Source: Planctomycetota bacterium (lineage in GTDB: Bacteria > Planctomycetota > UBA8108 > SXIK01). Taken from it: DNA of 64,000 nucleotides. The stretch lies in the NCBI GenBank assembly GCA_965223265.1, contig OZ244999.1, forward strand, positions 7,616,001 through 7,680,000, written 5' to 3'. Position numbers and translations under genes: made by a program. This document shows positions 47,857-57,970 of the stretch, piece after piece; positions within the stretch are counted from its first letter, which is position 1, and every line of letters starts with the position of its first letter. The notes beneath the pieces were generated by a model. It was not told the DNA's origin and did not search any database. It saw only the letters and a list, made by a program, of their open reading frames with translations.

Positions 47857-50334
47857 TTACGGCTTCGCCGTGCGCTTCTTTACCAGCCAAACTTCGGCAA
47901 CATGACAACCGCGCCCGCTACCACCGGCGCCAGGTGCTTGCCGCCACGTCAGGCGTAGTGTACCGTCTCGCGTCAATTCGGGCGCCACGTCAAACTCAAG
48001 AATCTCCCCGGTCGGCGCCTTGTGCCGCAGTTCGTGCACGACATGATCGTCCGCCCAGCACTGCACCTGACTATTCGGATTGTCACCGCCGTAGTTGATG
48101 CGCAGCCGATACGCCGCTGTCGGATCCAAGTTCTCGTAATGCAACTCGAGAGGCACGTCAAAGAGAATATAAGCGTGACGCAGCCATGAAGTTCGCCACG
48201 GCTCGTAATGATCAGATTCAAAACCAACAAGCGACGAAGCCGAAAAGTCTGGATCGTTCACACTCCCAACTCCACGCACGAGATGGGGCTGCTGCGTCAG
48301 GTTCCCCAGGTCGTCATAGAATCCTCCCAGTCCAGGATTCGTCCAGTTGACGATCGCGTCGAGGTGCGCGAGCCGATCCTTCTCGCCTTCCATCGCAGCG
48401 ATCTCCTTGAACTGCGCTTCGAGCCACGGACGATTGTTGAGTGCCTTGTCGACCTCGTCCAAATTGGCGCCTCGTCGGATGGCGATTGCCTGGTAGCGCT
48501 CGACGCTTAGCTGCATACGGATGCTCTGATAGAGTGCCTCGGCCATTTCGAAGACCCGAGCACGGTAGTCGACCGCGACCGGTTGAAGAACGGCGCGAGA
48601 GAGAATCTCTCGCGCGCGAGCCATCGCCAGCTCCGAGCCCAACTCTGGCGCTCGCCGAAGAACATCCATCGCCCGGTTCTCGAGCTCCGTCTCGTAGATC
48701 AGACGCTGCCGGACGTAGGCGTCGTAGTAGGCGCGGTAGCGCACCTGCTGGAGACGCCAGTTGAGCAAGTCCTGAGGACTTGCCACCGATTCCAGCGCTT
48801 GCAACTTTCGCAGTGTCGTGTCGACGCGATCGTTGGCGATCAGCGATCCCTCCCAGTTGCGTTCGAGATCGAGGAGCAGATGAGCGAACTCATCCTCGTA
48901 GCGCTCGCCGATGAAGTAGCGACTGTATTGACGCAGAATCTCGATGAGTGGCGTCTCGGGGTCCCAACCGATGCCGCTCCAAACGAACTTGTTGACGTCG
49001 TCGTTGCATCCCTCTGAGTACGTTATGAAACCGATTGTGGGTTCGCGCAGCTTGCGGCAGATGTTGGCTTGCGCGCGCGGCCGCGGGTTGATGACTTCGC
49101 GAGCCTGAGTGCGGGCGAAGGCGAAATCCCAGTCCGGCACGGGAAATTGCGCGTCGAGGCAGTGCGTGATGTCAGGATAGCGGCGGATCGGATACTCCTC
49201 CGGTACCAGACGGCGCAGCTCCGCGAGTCCGACGCGCACCTGCGGGCCGTGGACGATGCCGCTGAGCCACTTTGGCCGCTGACGACGAAGGATCTCGAGA
49301 AAGTCCTGCATCCACTCGCCCTTGAAACCCTGCGGCGACATCCACATCTCCGCGCTGGGGTGATACCGCTTCAGGACGACCGCAACTTTTTCGAGGAGCC
49401 CCATCATGTAACGCGGCTCGGTGTGACCGGGGTCGCCACCTGGGACGAAGACTGCGTCAAGGCGTGGCAAGACCTTGAAGACCTCACCCCATTCCTTGAG
49501 CGCGAACTCGACCGTGGCGGGATCGGAGTAGTCCAAGTCAAGCGCGGGGTACCAGACCCAAACGTCCAGATCGTATGCGTCGAGCATCCGAGAGACGCCG
49601 ACCATGGTGTCGATCTGCGGCAGTGGAAAGTGCGGACTGCCCGCTGCGTCGTCTGAGCGGGGCGGGATCAATTCCACCGCGTTGGTACCGAAGACGATCA
49701 AGTCGCGAATGTATTGATCCCAGATCTCGAGGCTCCAACCGTCATACGAGTTGGTCTTGGGCCGAAACCCTAGTTGGTGGCCGCGCAAAGGAGTCTCCGG
49801 CGCCGTCGTGATCTCGAACCCACGTGGACACACCACGCGACCTCGCGACAGCGACAGTTCGCGCAAAAGTCTACCGACACCGAACAGGACGCCGCGCTCA
49901 TCGACGCCGGTGATCACCACGAACGCTGCTCCGTCCGGCGGCTCGGCGGTGCGGATCCGAAACCCTTCTGCCCCCGCAGGCCTCGGTTCACGCGCGATTG
50001 CGCCCGCATGCGGACCGGCGAACGAGCCAAGATGCGCGTCGCGTCCGACAGCGATCACGGGCAAACGCTCGGACGGCCACCCCCTTCGAACCGGTAGGCG
50101 AATGAGTGTCCTCTTGGCTACTTCCTCCACGAGCAATTCGACTGCCTTCTCCTCACGAGCGGAGACTTGAGGGGAAACGACGACCACGGCCTGCGAGAGG
50201 TCGAAGCTGTCGCCGGAACGAGCGGCGAGAGTCGGCGGTAGCACCGACGTCAAAGCGAGTATGGTCAACACAACCCAGACTCGGACAGCGCAGCGTCGGG
50301 GTGAATCGCAAGAGTGCACAGCAGAGTGATTCAT
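47857..50334 (-). CDS. Secreted glycoside-hydrolase-like protein (GH20/GH67-type N-terminal domain, TIM-barrel-like core, C-terminal beta-sandwich)
   Basis: Signal peptide; EGFRI...ITGVDERGVLFGVGRLLR; RGHQLGFRPKTNSYDGW. Exact family not assignable by eye. Confidence 0.65.
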   Translation of the reverse strand: MNHSAVHSCDSPRRCAVRVWVVLTILALTSVLPPTLAARSGDSFDLSQAVVVVSPQVSAREEKAVELLVEEVAKRTLIRLPVRRGWPSERLPVIAVGRDAHLGSFAGPHAGAIAREPRPAGAEGFRIRTAEPPDGAAFVVITGVDERGVLFGVGRLLRELSLSRGRVVCPRGFEITTAPETPLRGHQLGFRPKTNSYDGWSLEIWDQYIRDLIVFGTNAVELIPPRSDDAAGSPHFPLPQIDTMVGVSRMLDAYDLDVWVWYPALDLDYSDPATVEFALKEWGEVFKVLPRLDAVFVPGGDPGHTEPRYMMGLLEKVAVVLKRYHPSAEMWMSPQGFKGEWMQDFLEILRRQRPKWLSGIVHGPQVRVGLAELRRLVPEEYPIRRYPDITHCLDAQFPVPDWDFAFARTQAREVINPRPRAQANICRKLREPTIGFITYSEGCNDDVNKFVWSGIGWDPETPLIEILRQYSRYFIGERYEDEFAHLLLDLERNWEGSLIANDRVDTTLRKLQALESVASPQDLLNWRLQQVRYRAYYDAYVRQRLIYETELENRAMDVLRRAPELGSELAMARAREILSRAVLQPVAVDYRARVFEMAEALYQSIRMQLSVERYQAIAIRRGANLDEVDKALNNRPWLEAQFKEIAAMEGEKDRLAHLDAIVNWTNPGLGGFYDDLGNLTQQPHLVRGVGSVNDPDFSASSLVGFESDHYEPWRTSWLRHAYILFDVPLELHYENLDPTAAYRLRINYGGDNPNSQVQCWADDHVVHELRHKAPTGEILEFDVAPELTRDGTLRLTWRQAPGAGGSGRGCHVAEVWLVKKRTAKP

Positions 50335-50391
50335 CGGGTGTTTCCAGAAGCTTGAATTCTCACAGTCCTACGCGAAGCCGCCCACCGAGAA

Positions 50392-50516
50392 CTAACTTCC
50401 GACAGCTCGTCGCCTCGCAGTCTCAGGGCCACCGTTGTATCAAGAAATCCAAAACGAAAGAAGCCAGAGAGACCTTGCGTTCGCGCACAGAAAACTAAAC
50501 GCTGTCGAAAGACTAG
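50392..50516. repeat. CTAA/CTAG-bounded palindromic element (MITE-like remnant)
   Basis: CTAACTTCCGACAGC ... GCTGTCGAAAGACTAG imperfect inverted repeat. Confidence 0.4.
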
Positions 50517-50679
50517 GTCGATGTGTGGGAGACCGACACGCACGCCGAATGAGCATCCCCGGCTCCGATAAACCGGCCGTAATTGACGCGTCTCTCTCAG
50601 TGGAGCACTCTTCTCCGGCGGGGACGGTCGCAAGCGGCGACCACAGTCGCGTAAGGAAGTGCCTCGCCTCTGAGGATCA

Positions 50680-52971
50680 ATGGCCACGACTCGAGACGAC
50701 GGCGTCCACTCCAGATCATCGCTCTCGCACCGCGACCTGCTCGAAGGATTCCGCGGCGCCATCGAACCGGCACGCGCATCCCTTCTCTACCGCACGGCCC
50801 TCGTGTTCGTCGCGGTCGCCATGGTTTTTCTGCCGGTGATCTACTTGAGCGCGATCGCGGCGATCGGATGTGGCGTAGTTTTCCACGCGATCAACAACGT
50901 GCCGGTACCAGGAAGCGGGTGGAGTCTACAGATTCAATACTTGGTCTATCTAGCGCCACTGATCGTCGGTCCTACCTTGATCTTCTTCATGATCAAGCCG
51001 CTCTTTGCACGTCCCGCTGCCGCGCCGTTGCCGATCGCAGTCAGCCGAACCAGTCAACCGCTTCTCTTCACATTCGTCGAAAACGTATGCGACATGGTGG
51101 GCGCACCGCGTCCCGGAGCGATCTATGTCGACTGCCAAGTGAATGCCTCGGCGGGATTTCGACGGGATCCGCTCAACGTCCATCAACATGACTTGACCCT
51201 GACGATCGGGCTCCCTCTCGTGGCTGGGCTTGAGCTAAACCAATTGGGTGGCATCCTGGCCCACGAGTTTGGACACTTCTCGCAAAGCGCCGGCCTGAGG
51301 ATCTCGTTTCTCATCCGCCGCATCAACCACTGGTTCGCTCGCGTCGTTTACGAACGGGACGCGTGGGACGCGCGCCTCGAGCGCTGGTCCGCGCGCACCG
51401 GCCTCCATCTGATCTTGATTCTTTTGTGTGCTCGCACCGCTATTTGGCTGACGCGTCGGGTCCTTTGGTGCCTGATGGTCAGTGGCCATCTCATCAGCAA
51501 TTTCATGCTGCGCCAGATGGAGCACGATGCCGACCACTACGAGACCTTCTTCGGTGGCAGCCTCGTGTTCCGCAACACGATGCACCGTGCGCTGCTTCTG
51601 GAACTCGCCGCGACGCACGCGTACGGCGATCTGGAGGCGGCCTGGCAGGCGAAGGAGCTCAGTGACAACTTGCCCGAGCTCATCGTTCGTCGCTTGGAGA
51701 CCATTCCACGCGACGAGCGTCGAAAATTCCTCGAAGGGGCATTACAGCGACGCACGCGATGGATCGATTCGCATCCGTCCCCCAGTGAGCGCATAAAAAT
51801 CGCGCTGGACATGCGGACCACCGGAAAGTTTCGGTTAGAAGGTCAGGCAAGCGAACTCTTTCGTAACTTTGACGTCCTTTGTCGGCGCGTCTCAATCGCC
51901 GATTACGAGCGCGTCTTGGGCACAAAGATCGAACGAGGAAACTTAGTCCCATCAAAAAAACTCCTTGAAACACACGTCACCCTCGAAAAATTCAGGGAAG
52001 CTGAGACCCGCGTTTTGAAGGGCTACCGCAATCGCCTGCGGCCACCGTTCCCGCGACTGGACGAGCTCGATGCGCGCGTGGACGATTTGGACGCTGAGCT
52101 GCACGCGCTTGCAGAGGCAAGTTGCCGTTTCGACGAACTCCGCGAATTCCATAGCGACGACTTCCACGACCTCGAAGCTGCAATTGAGCGCCTCCTGCTC
52201 CTCTCACAAGCAGAAGCCTTCGTCGATGCAGGTATCCCGATTCATCGCAAGGTCTTCGGGCTTGAGTCGGGGTCAGCGGACGACGTCGCTCTCGAGGTGC
52301 AGCAAGTGCGAACACGTCTCGACGAACTGCGTGACGCGCTTTCGCCGCTCGACGAGCTCTTGATGACGCGTCTGACGTTGGCGATGCGCCTATTTCGATC
52401 GAAAACGTTTCGAGCACGGCTGGGCGGCGATCAGGCCTGGCGCAAGGCAGAGATTCCTTACACGGTTCAGCTTCTCGGCGCCTACGCCAGGACCCACGCC
52501 GAAGTCGTCGATTTGAAGGTCCGCCAACATCAATGCGAGTCCCTCCTCGCCTGCTTGGTCGACTTCGATGATGACCAGCGCCTGCGCGACACGATCGCGC
52601 GCCGCAGCGCCGAATGTGCCCAGACACTCGAGCGAGTGCGTCGTGAGTTCGAAGGAATCCCGTACCCCTTTGCCTTAGGCGCCTCCGGAACGGACGTTGC
52701 CGATTACCTCAACGCGGAGGACGTAGGCAGAAGCGTCGACGTCGGCGAAAACGTCCCCGCCAAAGTCACGACGTGCGTGGGCGTCTCGATCGCCCGTTAC
52801 TTCTCTCTCTTTTCGCACCTCATCGGTGCACTCTCAACACTGGTTGAGTCTGCGGCGCGGGCGCCGGGACACTCTCGCCGCGAGCCGCGGACCTCAACGC
52901 CGACCGAGACACCCGGCGACCAGTCGAACCAGTTGCTCGCCAGTGGTTCATCCGCACTGCAGTCCGACTGA
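50680..52971 (+). CDS. M48 family membrane metallopeptidase with a long helical C-terminal extension
   Basis: N-terminal TM helices; VNASA, LAHEFGH (HExxH), RQMEHDAD, SHPSPSERI. Confidence 0.9.
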   Translation: MATTRDDGVHSRSSLSHRDLLEGFRGAIEPARASLLYRTALVFVAVAMVFLPVIYLSAIAAIGCGVVFHAINNVPVPGSGWSLQIQYLVYLAPLIVGPTLIFFMIKPLFARPAAAPLPIAVSRTSQPLLFTFVENVCDMVGAPRPGAIYVDCQVNASAGFRRDPLNVHQHDLTLTIGLPLVAGLELNQLGGILAHEFGHFSQSAGLRISFLIRRINHWFARVVYERDAWDARLERWSARTGLHLILILLCARTAIWLTRRVLWCLMVSGHLISNFMLRQMEHDADHYETFFGGSLVFRNTMHRALLLELAATHAYGDLEAAWQAKELSDNLPELIVRRLETIPRDERRKFLEGALQRRTRWIDSHPSPSERIKIALDMRTTGKFRLEGQASELFRNFDVLCRRVSIADYERVLGTKIERGNLVPSKKLLETHVTLEKFREAETRVLKGYRNRLRPPFPRLDELDARVDDLDAELHALAEASCRFDELREFHSDDFHDLEAAIERLLLLSQAEAFVDAGIPIHRKVFGLESGSADDVALEVQQVRTRLDELRDALSPLDELLMTRLTLAMRLFRSKTFRARLGGDQAWRKAEIPYTVQLLGAYARTHAEVVDLKVRQHQCESLLACLVDFDDDQRLRDTIARRSAECAQTLERVRREFEGIPYPFALGASGTDVADYLNAEDVGRSVDVGENVPAKVTTCVGVSIARYFSLFSHLIGALSTLVESAARAPGHSRREPRTSTPTETPGDQSNQLLASGSSALQSD

Positions 52972-53299
52972 CTCCAGCGCCCGCCGGGCGAAACGAGGAG
53001 CTCAACGGCGTTCAGCACATCGCCGACGGACGAGCCGCGCCGGAGCCGGGTGGCGATCGGGCTACGGTCGTCCATGCGGCGTTGGGTCGCTTGCGGGTGA
53101 CTAGGCCCACGGCCAACAGCTGCCTGCCCGGAGCGTCCCCTGCCGTCATCTACGCCCAGCTGTGACCTGACGACCAAACTTCCGCGGAATCCAGGCCGGT
53201 CGATCACTCCTCGCCGCCGGGACCGAAGCGGCGAAAAGTCTCTGTCCAGCCCATCCGGCTGGCGATACCATCGGTGTGGAAGCACGTCCGGAGTACGAG

Positions 53300-56224
53300 A
53301 TGGATCCACAACGACCTAGCCGAGGAAGCGCCCACTGCAGCCTCGCACTCAGCTTGACCCTCATCCTCGCGGCTGTGGGCACGCCGGCGGTCGCAAAGCC
53401 GGTCGACTATCGAGCCGACGTGCGGCCCGTGTTGAAGGCGCGCTGCTTTGCGTGCCACGGCGCGCTCAAGCAGGAGGCTGGACTGCGACTCGATGCGGTC
53501 GCCCTCGCACTCAAGGGAGGTGATACCGGTGCAGCGATCACGCCAGGCGCAGCGGCGAGCAGTCTCCTCGTCGAGCGGGTGCGTGATCCTGATCCGCAAA
53601 CCCGCATGCCGCCGGAAGGGCGCCCACTGGAGGCCGCGGAAATCGACGTGATCGTGCGCTGGATCAACGCCGGTGCGCCGGCGCCCAACGACGACGCACC
53701 AGAGCCCGACCCGCGCCGGCACTGGGCGTTTCAGCCGCCGCATGCGAGCGATCTCGACACGCCGCGTAACCCGATCGATGTGTTCATCGAGCGACACCAC
53801 GTCGCCAAGGGACTCCAGCCGCTCGGCGCGGCGCCACCACATACTCTTCTGCGTCGCATCTACTTCGACTTGATCGGCCTGCCTCCGAGCCGCGATGAAC
53901 TGAAGGCGTTCGTTGCCGACCCATCGCCGCAGGCATTCGACGGCGTGGTCGATCGACTGCTCGCGAGCCCACGCTACGGCGAGCGCTGGGGGCGGCATTG
54001 GATGGACGTGTGGCGCTACAGCGACTGGTACGGCAGGCGCGCTGTACCGGACGTCATGAATAGCTATCCGCAAATTTGGCGTTGGCGCGACTGGATCGTT
54101 CGCTCCCTCAACCACGACAAGGGCTACGACCGCATGGTCACCGAAATGCTCGCCGCCGACGAAGTCGCGCCCAACGACGATAACAACATCGTCGCCACCG
54201 GCTTCATCGTCCGCAACTGGTACAAATGGAATTACAACCAGTGGATGAAGGACGCGGTGGAACACACTGGCAAGGCATTCCTCGGAATTACGCTCAACTG
54301 CGCTCACTGTCACGACCACAAGTACGACCCCATCACGCAGGAGGAGTATTTCCGTTTCCGCGCCTTGTTCGAACCTCTGGAGCTGCGTCACCACCGTCTA
54401 GAGGGGGTCCCGTACCCGGGACCGTTTCAAAAGTACGTCTACGGGCGACCCTACGGCCCGATCAAGACCGGGGCGATTCGCGTCTTCGACGAGAAGCTCG
54501 ACGCCAAGACCTACATGTACTCCGGCGGTGACTCGCGCAATCGTATCGAGGGTCGACCGCCGGTTGCCCCTGGAGTCCCTGAAGCGCTCGGTGGTGTCTT
54601 TGAAGTAAATCCTGTGCAGCTGCCGGTGACCGCATGGTATCCCGCCCTCAAAGACTTCGTGCAAGCTGACGAAATCGCCGCACAGCGAGCGAAAATTGAG
54701 GCCGCCGAAACGCAAGCGAAGAAGGTTGCGGAAGGCGTGCGACAGGAGCTTCTGTCGGTAGAGCCTGCCCTGGCTTCCCTGCGAGAGTCGATCGCGGCGA
54801 CGTGGAAAGAGAAGGGTCGCGGCGACGACGACGATCTCTTGCAGCTCGAACGTGAGCTAAAAAGAACCGTGCTCAAACGCGACACGCTCAAACTTCGCGA
54901 GCAGCAGGCGGCCGCACGCCTCGCTGCGACTGAAGCCGAACTCACCAGTCTCATGGCGCGCATCGAAGCCGACCGCGCGAGACACTCCGAAAAGCGCCGT
55001 GATGACACGCTGGTGCGGCGCGCCGGCCGCCTGGATCGCGCGGCAGTCGTGGCCTCCAAGCGAGTCGAAGTTGTTGCGGCGGAACTCAAACTGAGCGAGC
55101 TAGAAAGTGAGGTAGCCGAGTCGGGCAGTGCGAACGAAGGCGCAGTCGCTAAGGCCCGTGAGAACGTCGACAAGCTGCGCGGGCAGCTCGCTGACCAAGA
55201 AGCAACGCTAGACAGCGAGTCGACAGAGTATCGACCGATCGGTGCGGTCTTCCCGAAGTCGAGCACAGGAAGGCGCACGGCGCTGGCACGATGGATCACG
55301 AATCGTCGCAACCCGCTCGCGGCGCGCGTGGCCGTGAATCACATCTGGGGCCGCCACTTCGGCCGACCGCTCGTCGAATCGACGACCGACTTCGGGCACA
55401 ACGGCAAGAAGCCAACGCATCCAGAACTTCTCGATTGGTTGGCCGTCGAGTTGATGGAGAACAATTGGTCGATGAAGCACCTCCATCGGCTGATGGTCAC
55501 CAGTCAAACCTATCGGCGTCACTCGAGCGGAGGCCGCGCTGGCGTCGCGCAGCGCAACCTCGAAGCCGACCCCGACAACCTCTTCCTCTGGCGCATGAAT
55601 GCGCGGCGCGTCGAAGCGGAAGTAGTGCGCGACAGCCTGCTGCACGTCTCACACGCACTCGACACGACCATCGGCGGCCACGAGATCCCGCACGACCAAG
55701 GACTCGCGAGCATGCGCCGCAGTCTCTACTTCACCATGCACGCTGAAAGCAAGATGCAGTTCCTCGAACTCTTCGACGCTCCCGATGTCTGCGACTCGTA
55801 CAAACGCACGACGTCGGTGGTCCCGCAGCAAGCTCTGGCATTTTCCAACAGCGAGCTCGCTTTGTCACAGAGTCGCACCCTCGCACGCTCGTTGTGGGAC
55901 GCGACAGCAGCGGAGTCGATCAGTGGAAATCGCGAGCTACACTTCATCACTGCAGCGTTTGAGCAAGTCTTGAGCCGACAACCAAACTCACACGAAAAGC
56001 GCCTCACCAGTGAGTTCCTAGCACAGCAGTCAGAGTTGTTTCGCGCCCGATCTGCAGCGACCCGCAGCGAGGCGGTCCCGGAGCTCGGAGGTGTCGACGG
56101 CGCTGGGGCGAGCGGAGAGACCGAAGCCAAAGTGGCGCCTCCCGCCCCTAACCCGCTGGCGCGAGCGCGCGAGAGCTTCATTCACGCACTCCTCAGCCAC
56201 ACCGACTTCGTCACCAGCCGCTAA
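53300..56224 (+). CDS. PSD1 / planctomycete cytochrome c protein (DUF1549 + coiled coil + DUF1553)
   Basis: CFACH; YGERWGRHWMD, CAHCHDHKYDP, PTHPELLDWLA. Start at 53276 or 53300. Confidence 0.92.
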   Translation: MDPQRPSRGSAHCSLALSLTLILAAVGTPAVAKPVDYRADVRPVLKARCFACHGALKQEAGLRLDAVALALKGGDTGAAITPGAAASSLLVERVRDPDPQTRMPPEGRPLEAAEIDVIVRWINAGAPAPNDDAPEPDPRRHWAFQPPHASDLDTPRNPIDVFIERHHVAKGLQPLGAAPPHTLLRRIYFDLIGLPPSRDELKAFVADPSPQAFDGVVDRLLASPRYGERWGRHWMDVWRYSDWYGRRAVPDVMNSYPQIWRWRDWIVRSLNHDKGYDRMVTEMLAADEVAPNDDNNIVATGFIVRNWYKWNYNQWMKDAVEHTGKAFLGITLNCAHCHDHKYDPITQEEYFRFRALFEPLELRHHRLEGVPYPGPFQKYVYGRPYGPIKTGAIRVFDEKLDAKTYMYSGGDSRNRIEGRPPVAPGVPEALGGVFEVNPVQLPVTAWYPALKDFVQADEIAAQRAKIEAAETQAKKVAEGVRQELLSVEPALASLRESIAATWKEKGRGDDDDLLQLERELKRTVLKRDTLKLREQQAAARLAATEAELTSLMARIEADRARHSEKRRDDTLVRRAGRLDRAAVVASKRVEVVAAELKLSELESEVAESGSANEGAVAKARENVDKLRGQLADQEATLDSESTEYRPIGAVFPKSSTGRRTALARWITNRRNPLAARVAVNHIWGRHFGRPLVESTTDFGHNGKKPTHPELLDWLAVELMENNWSMKHLHRLMVTSQTYRRHSSGGRAGVAQRNLEADPDNLFLWRMNARRVEAEVVRDSLLHVSHALDTTIGGHEIPHDQGLASMRRSLYFTMHAESKMQFLELFDAPDVCDSYKRTTSVVPQQALAFSNSELALSQSRTLARSLWDATAAESISGNRELHFITAAFEQVLSRQPNSHEKRLTSEFLAQQSELFRARSAATRSEAVPELGGVDGAGASGETEAKVAPPAPNPLARARESFIHALLSHTDFVTSR

Positions 56225-56348
56225 ACTGGCGGCCGTAAGCGAGAGGAAAGCCACTGACGGGCTTTTCGCACCGCGCCGCAGCGATTAGGATAGAGGCCGC
56301 GGTGAGTCCGAGTTTCGAGAGGAATTCAAGCCTTCGTCCTGAGGTCAG

Positions 56349-57851
56349 ATGCAGCGTCGAGCACAAACGATGAAAACCCGCGGTGGTCCACCATGCGGCC
56401 GCGTCAAGCGGCGGACCTTCATCGGCGACGTCGGCATGGGTTTTACCGGCCTGGCGCTCAGCGCCATGCTGCGGCGCGACGGGCTGCAAGCCCGGGCCGA
56501 GAGCGACGATCATCTCTCCGGCGAGGCACACTTCAAGGCGCGCGCGAAGAACGTCATCTGGATCTTTCTCTCCGGCGGTGTGAGCCAACTCGAGACTTTC
56601 GACCCAAAGCCGGCACTCAACAAGTTCGCGGGCAAGGCCTATGACGAGACGACGCTGCCGAATCCGCAGAAGTCGCCGCTGTACCTCGAGCGTTCGCGCT
56701 CCGTCGTCGGCTTCGATCGCGAAGTACACTCGACAATCTTTCCGCTGCAGGTCGGATACCGCCACTACGGCGACGTCGGGATCGGCGTCAGCGACTGGCT
56801 TCCACATCTCGCCACCTGCGTCGATGACATCTCCTTCGTGCGGTCGATCTACACCACCGACAACGATCACAACGCCGAATTCCAGATGCATCACGGGCGA
56901 CATTCGCTCGACGAGAAACAGCCAGTCATTGGCTCCTGGGTGCACTACGGACTTGGAACACTCAACGAAAACCTACCGCAGTTCGTATTCCTCGGTGAGT
57001 ACAGGGACACCCGCGTCAAACAGAACTTCTCCGCCGACTACTTAGGTCCGCAGCACGCCGGCGTCGAATTGTCGCTGCATGCAGGCGAGCCGTTACCGTT
57101 CGGCCGCCGCGACGGGTCGGTGCTGCCCGGTGAGCAGCGCAACCAGTTCCGATACATCGGCGATCTCAATCGACTCGCCGCAATCGAGTACCCCGACGAC
57201 GCCGACCTGCAGGCACGGATTAAGAGCTACGAGCTTGCGTATCGCATGCAATCTTCGGTGCCGGACGCGCTCGACCTCAAACGCGAGTCGCCGCGGACCG
57301 AGTCGCTCTACGGCATCGATGACGAGCGTACTGCGATCTACGGCAGGCGCCTACTCGCTGCGCGCCGTTTGGCAGAGCGCGGCGTTCGATTCACCCTGGT
57401 CTACTTGAGCGACTACGGCGAGTGGGACTCACACTCCAACCTGAAGAAACTGCACGCACGCTCCTGCGGGCGCATCGACAAGCCCGTCGCTGGGCTCCTC
57501 GAAGACCTCAAGCAGCGTGGCCTGTGGGACGACACGCTCGTCGTCTTTTGTACCGAATTCGGCCGCACACCCGCTGTCGAGTACGGCATGTTCAACAAGG
57601 CGGCGACAGGACGTGACCACCATCCGCACGGTTTCACGATATGGCTCGCCGGCGCCGGTGTGAAACAGGGCTATATCCACGGCGCGACAGACGAGCTCGG
57701 CTTTCATGCCGTCGAGGACCCGCACTACGTTACCGATGTCCACGCCACAGTGCTCCATCTCCTTGGGCTGGACTCGCGCCGACTCGACGTCCCGGGACGG
57801 AAACGCCTCGAGATCGACTACGGCACGCCGATCTACGATATCATGGCGTAA
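56349..57851 (+). CDS. DUF1501 domain-containing protein (Tat-exported)
   Basis: KRRTFI; FLSGGVSQLETFDPKP, WDSH, TEFGRTP, GRDHH. Confidence 0.93.
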   Translation: MQRRAQTMKTRGGPPCGRVKRRTFIGDVGMGFTGLALSAMLRRDGLQARAESDDHLSGEAHFKARAKNVIWIFLSGGVSQLETFDPKPALNKFAGKAYDETTLPNPQKSPLYLERSRSVVGFDREVHSTIFPLQVGYRHYGDVGIGVSDWLPHLATCVDDISFVRSIYTTDNDHNAEFQMHHGRHSLDEKQPVIGSWVHYGLGTLNENLPQFVFLGEYRDTRVKQNFSADYLGPQHAGVELSLHAGEPLPFGRRDGSVLPGEQRNQFRYIGDLNRLAAIEYPDDADLQARIKSYELAYRMQSSVPDALDLKRESPRTESLYGIDDERTAIYGRRLLAARRLAERGVRFTLVYLSDYGEWDSHSNLKKLHARSCGRIDKPVAGLLEDLKQRGLWDDTLVVFCTEFGRTPAVEYGMFNKAATGRDHHPHGFTIWLAGAGVKQGYIHGATDELGFHAVEDPHYVTDVHATVLHLLGLDSRRLDVPGRKRLEIDYGTPIYDIMA

Positions 57852-57970
57852 CAGCCCCCAACTCTCGCGAGAACGGCGGGCACAATCGGAGCTGCGCCGA
57901 CTCGCTGGCGCTGAAGTGAGAACGAGGCGAGAGCTTGCTCTCTGCTCTCAGTTTGCCGGACGCACCGACG

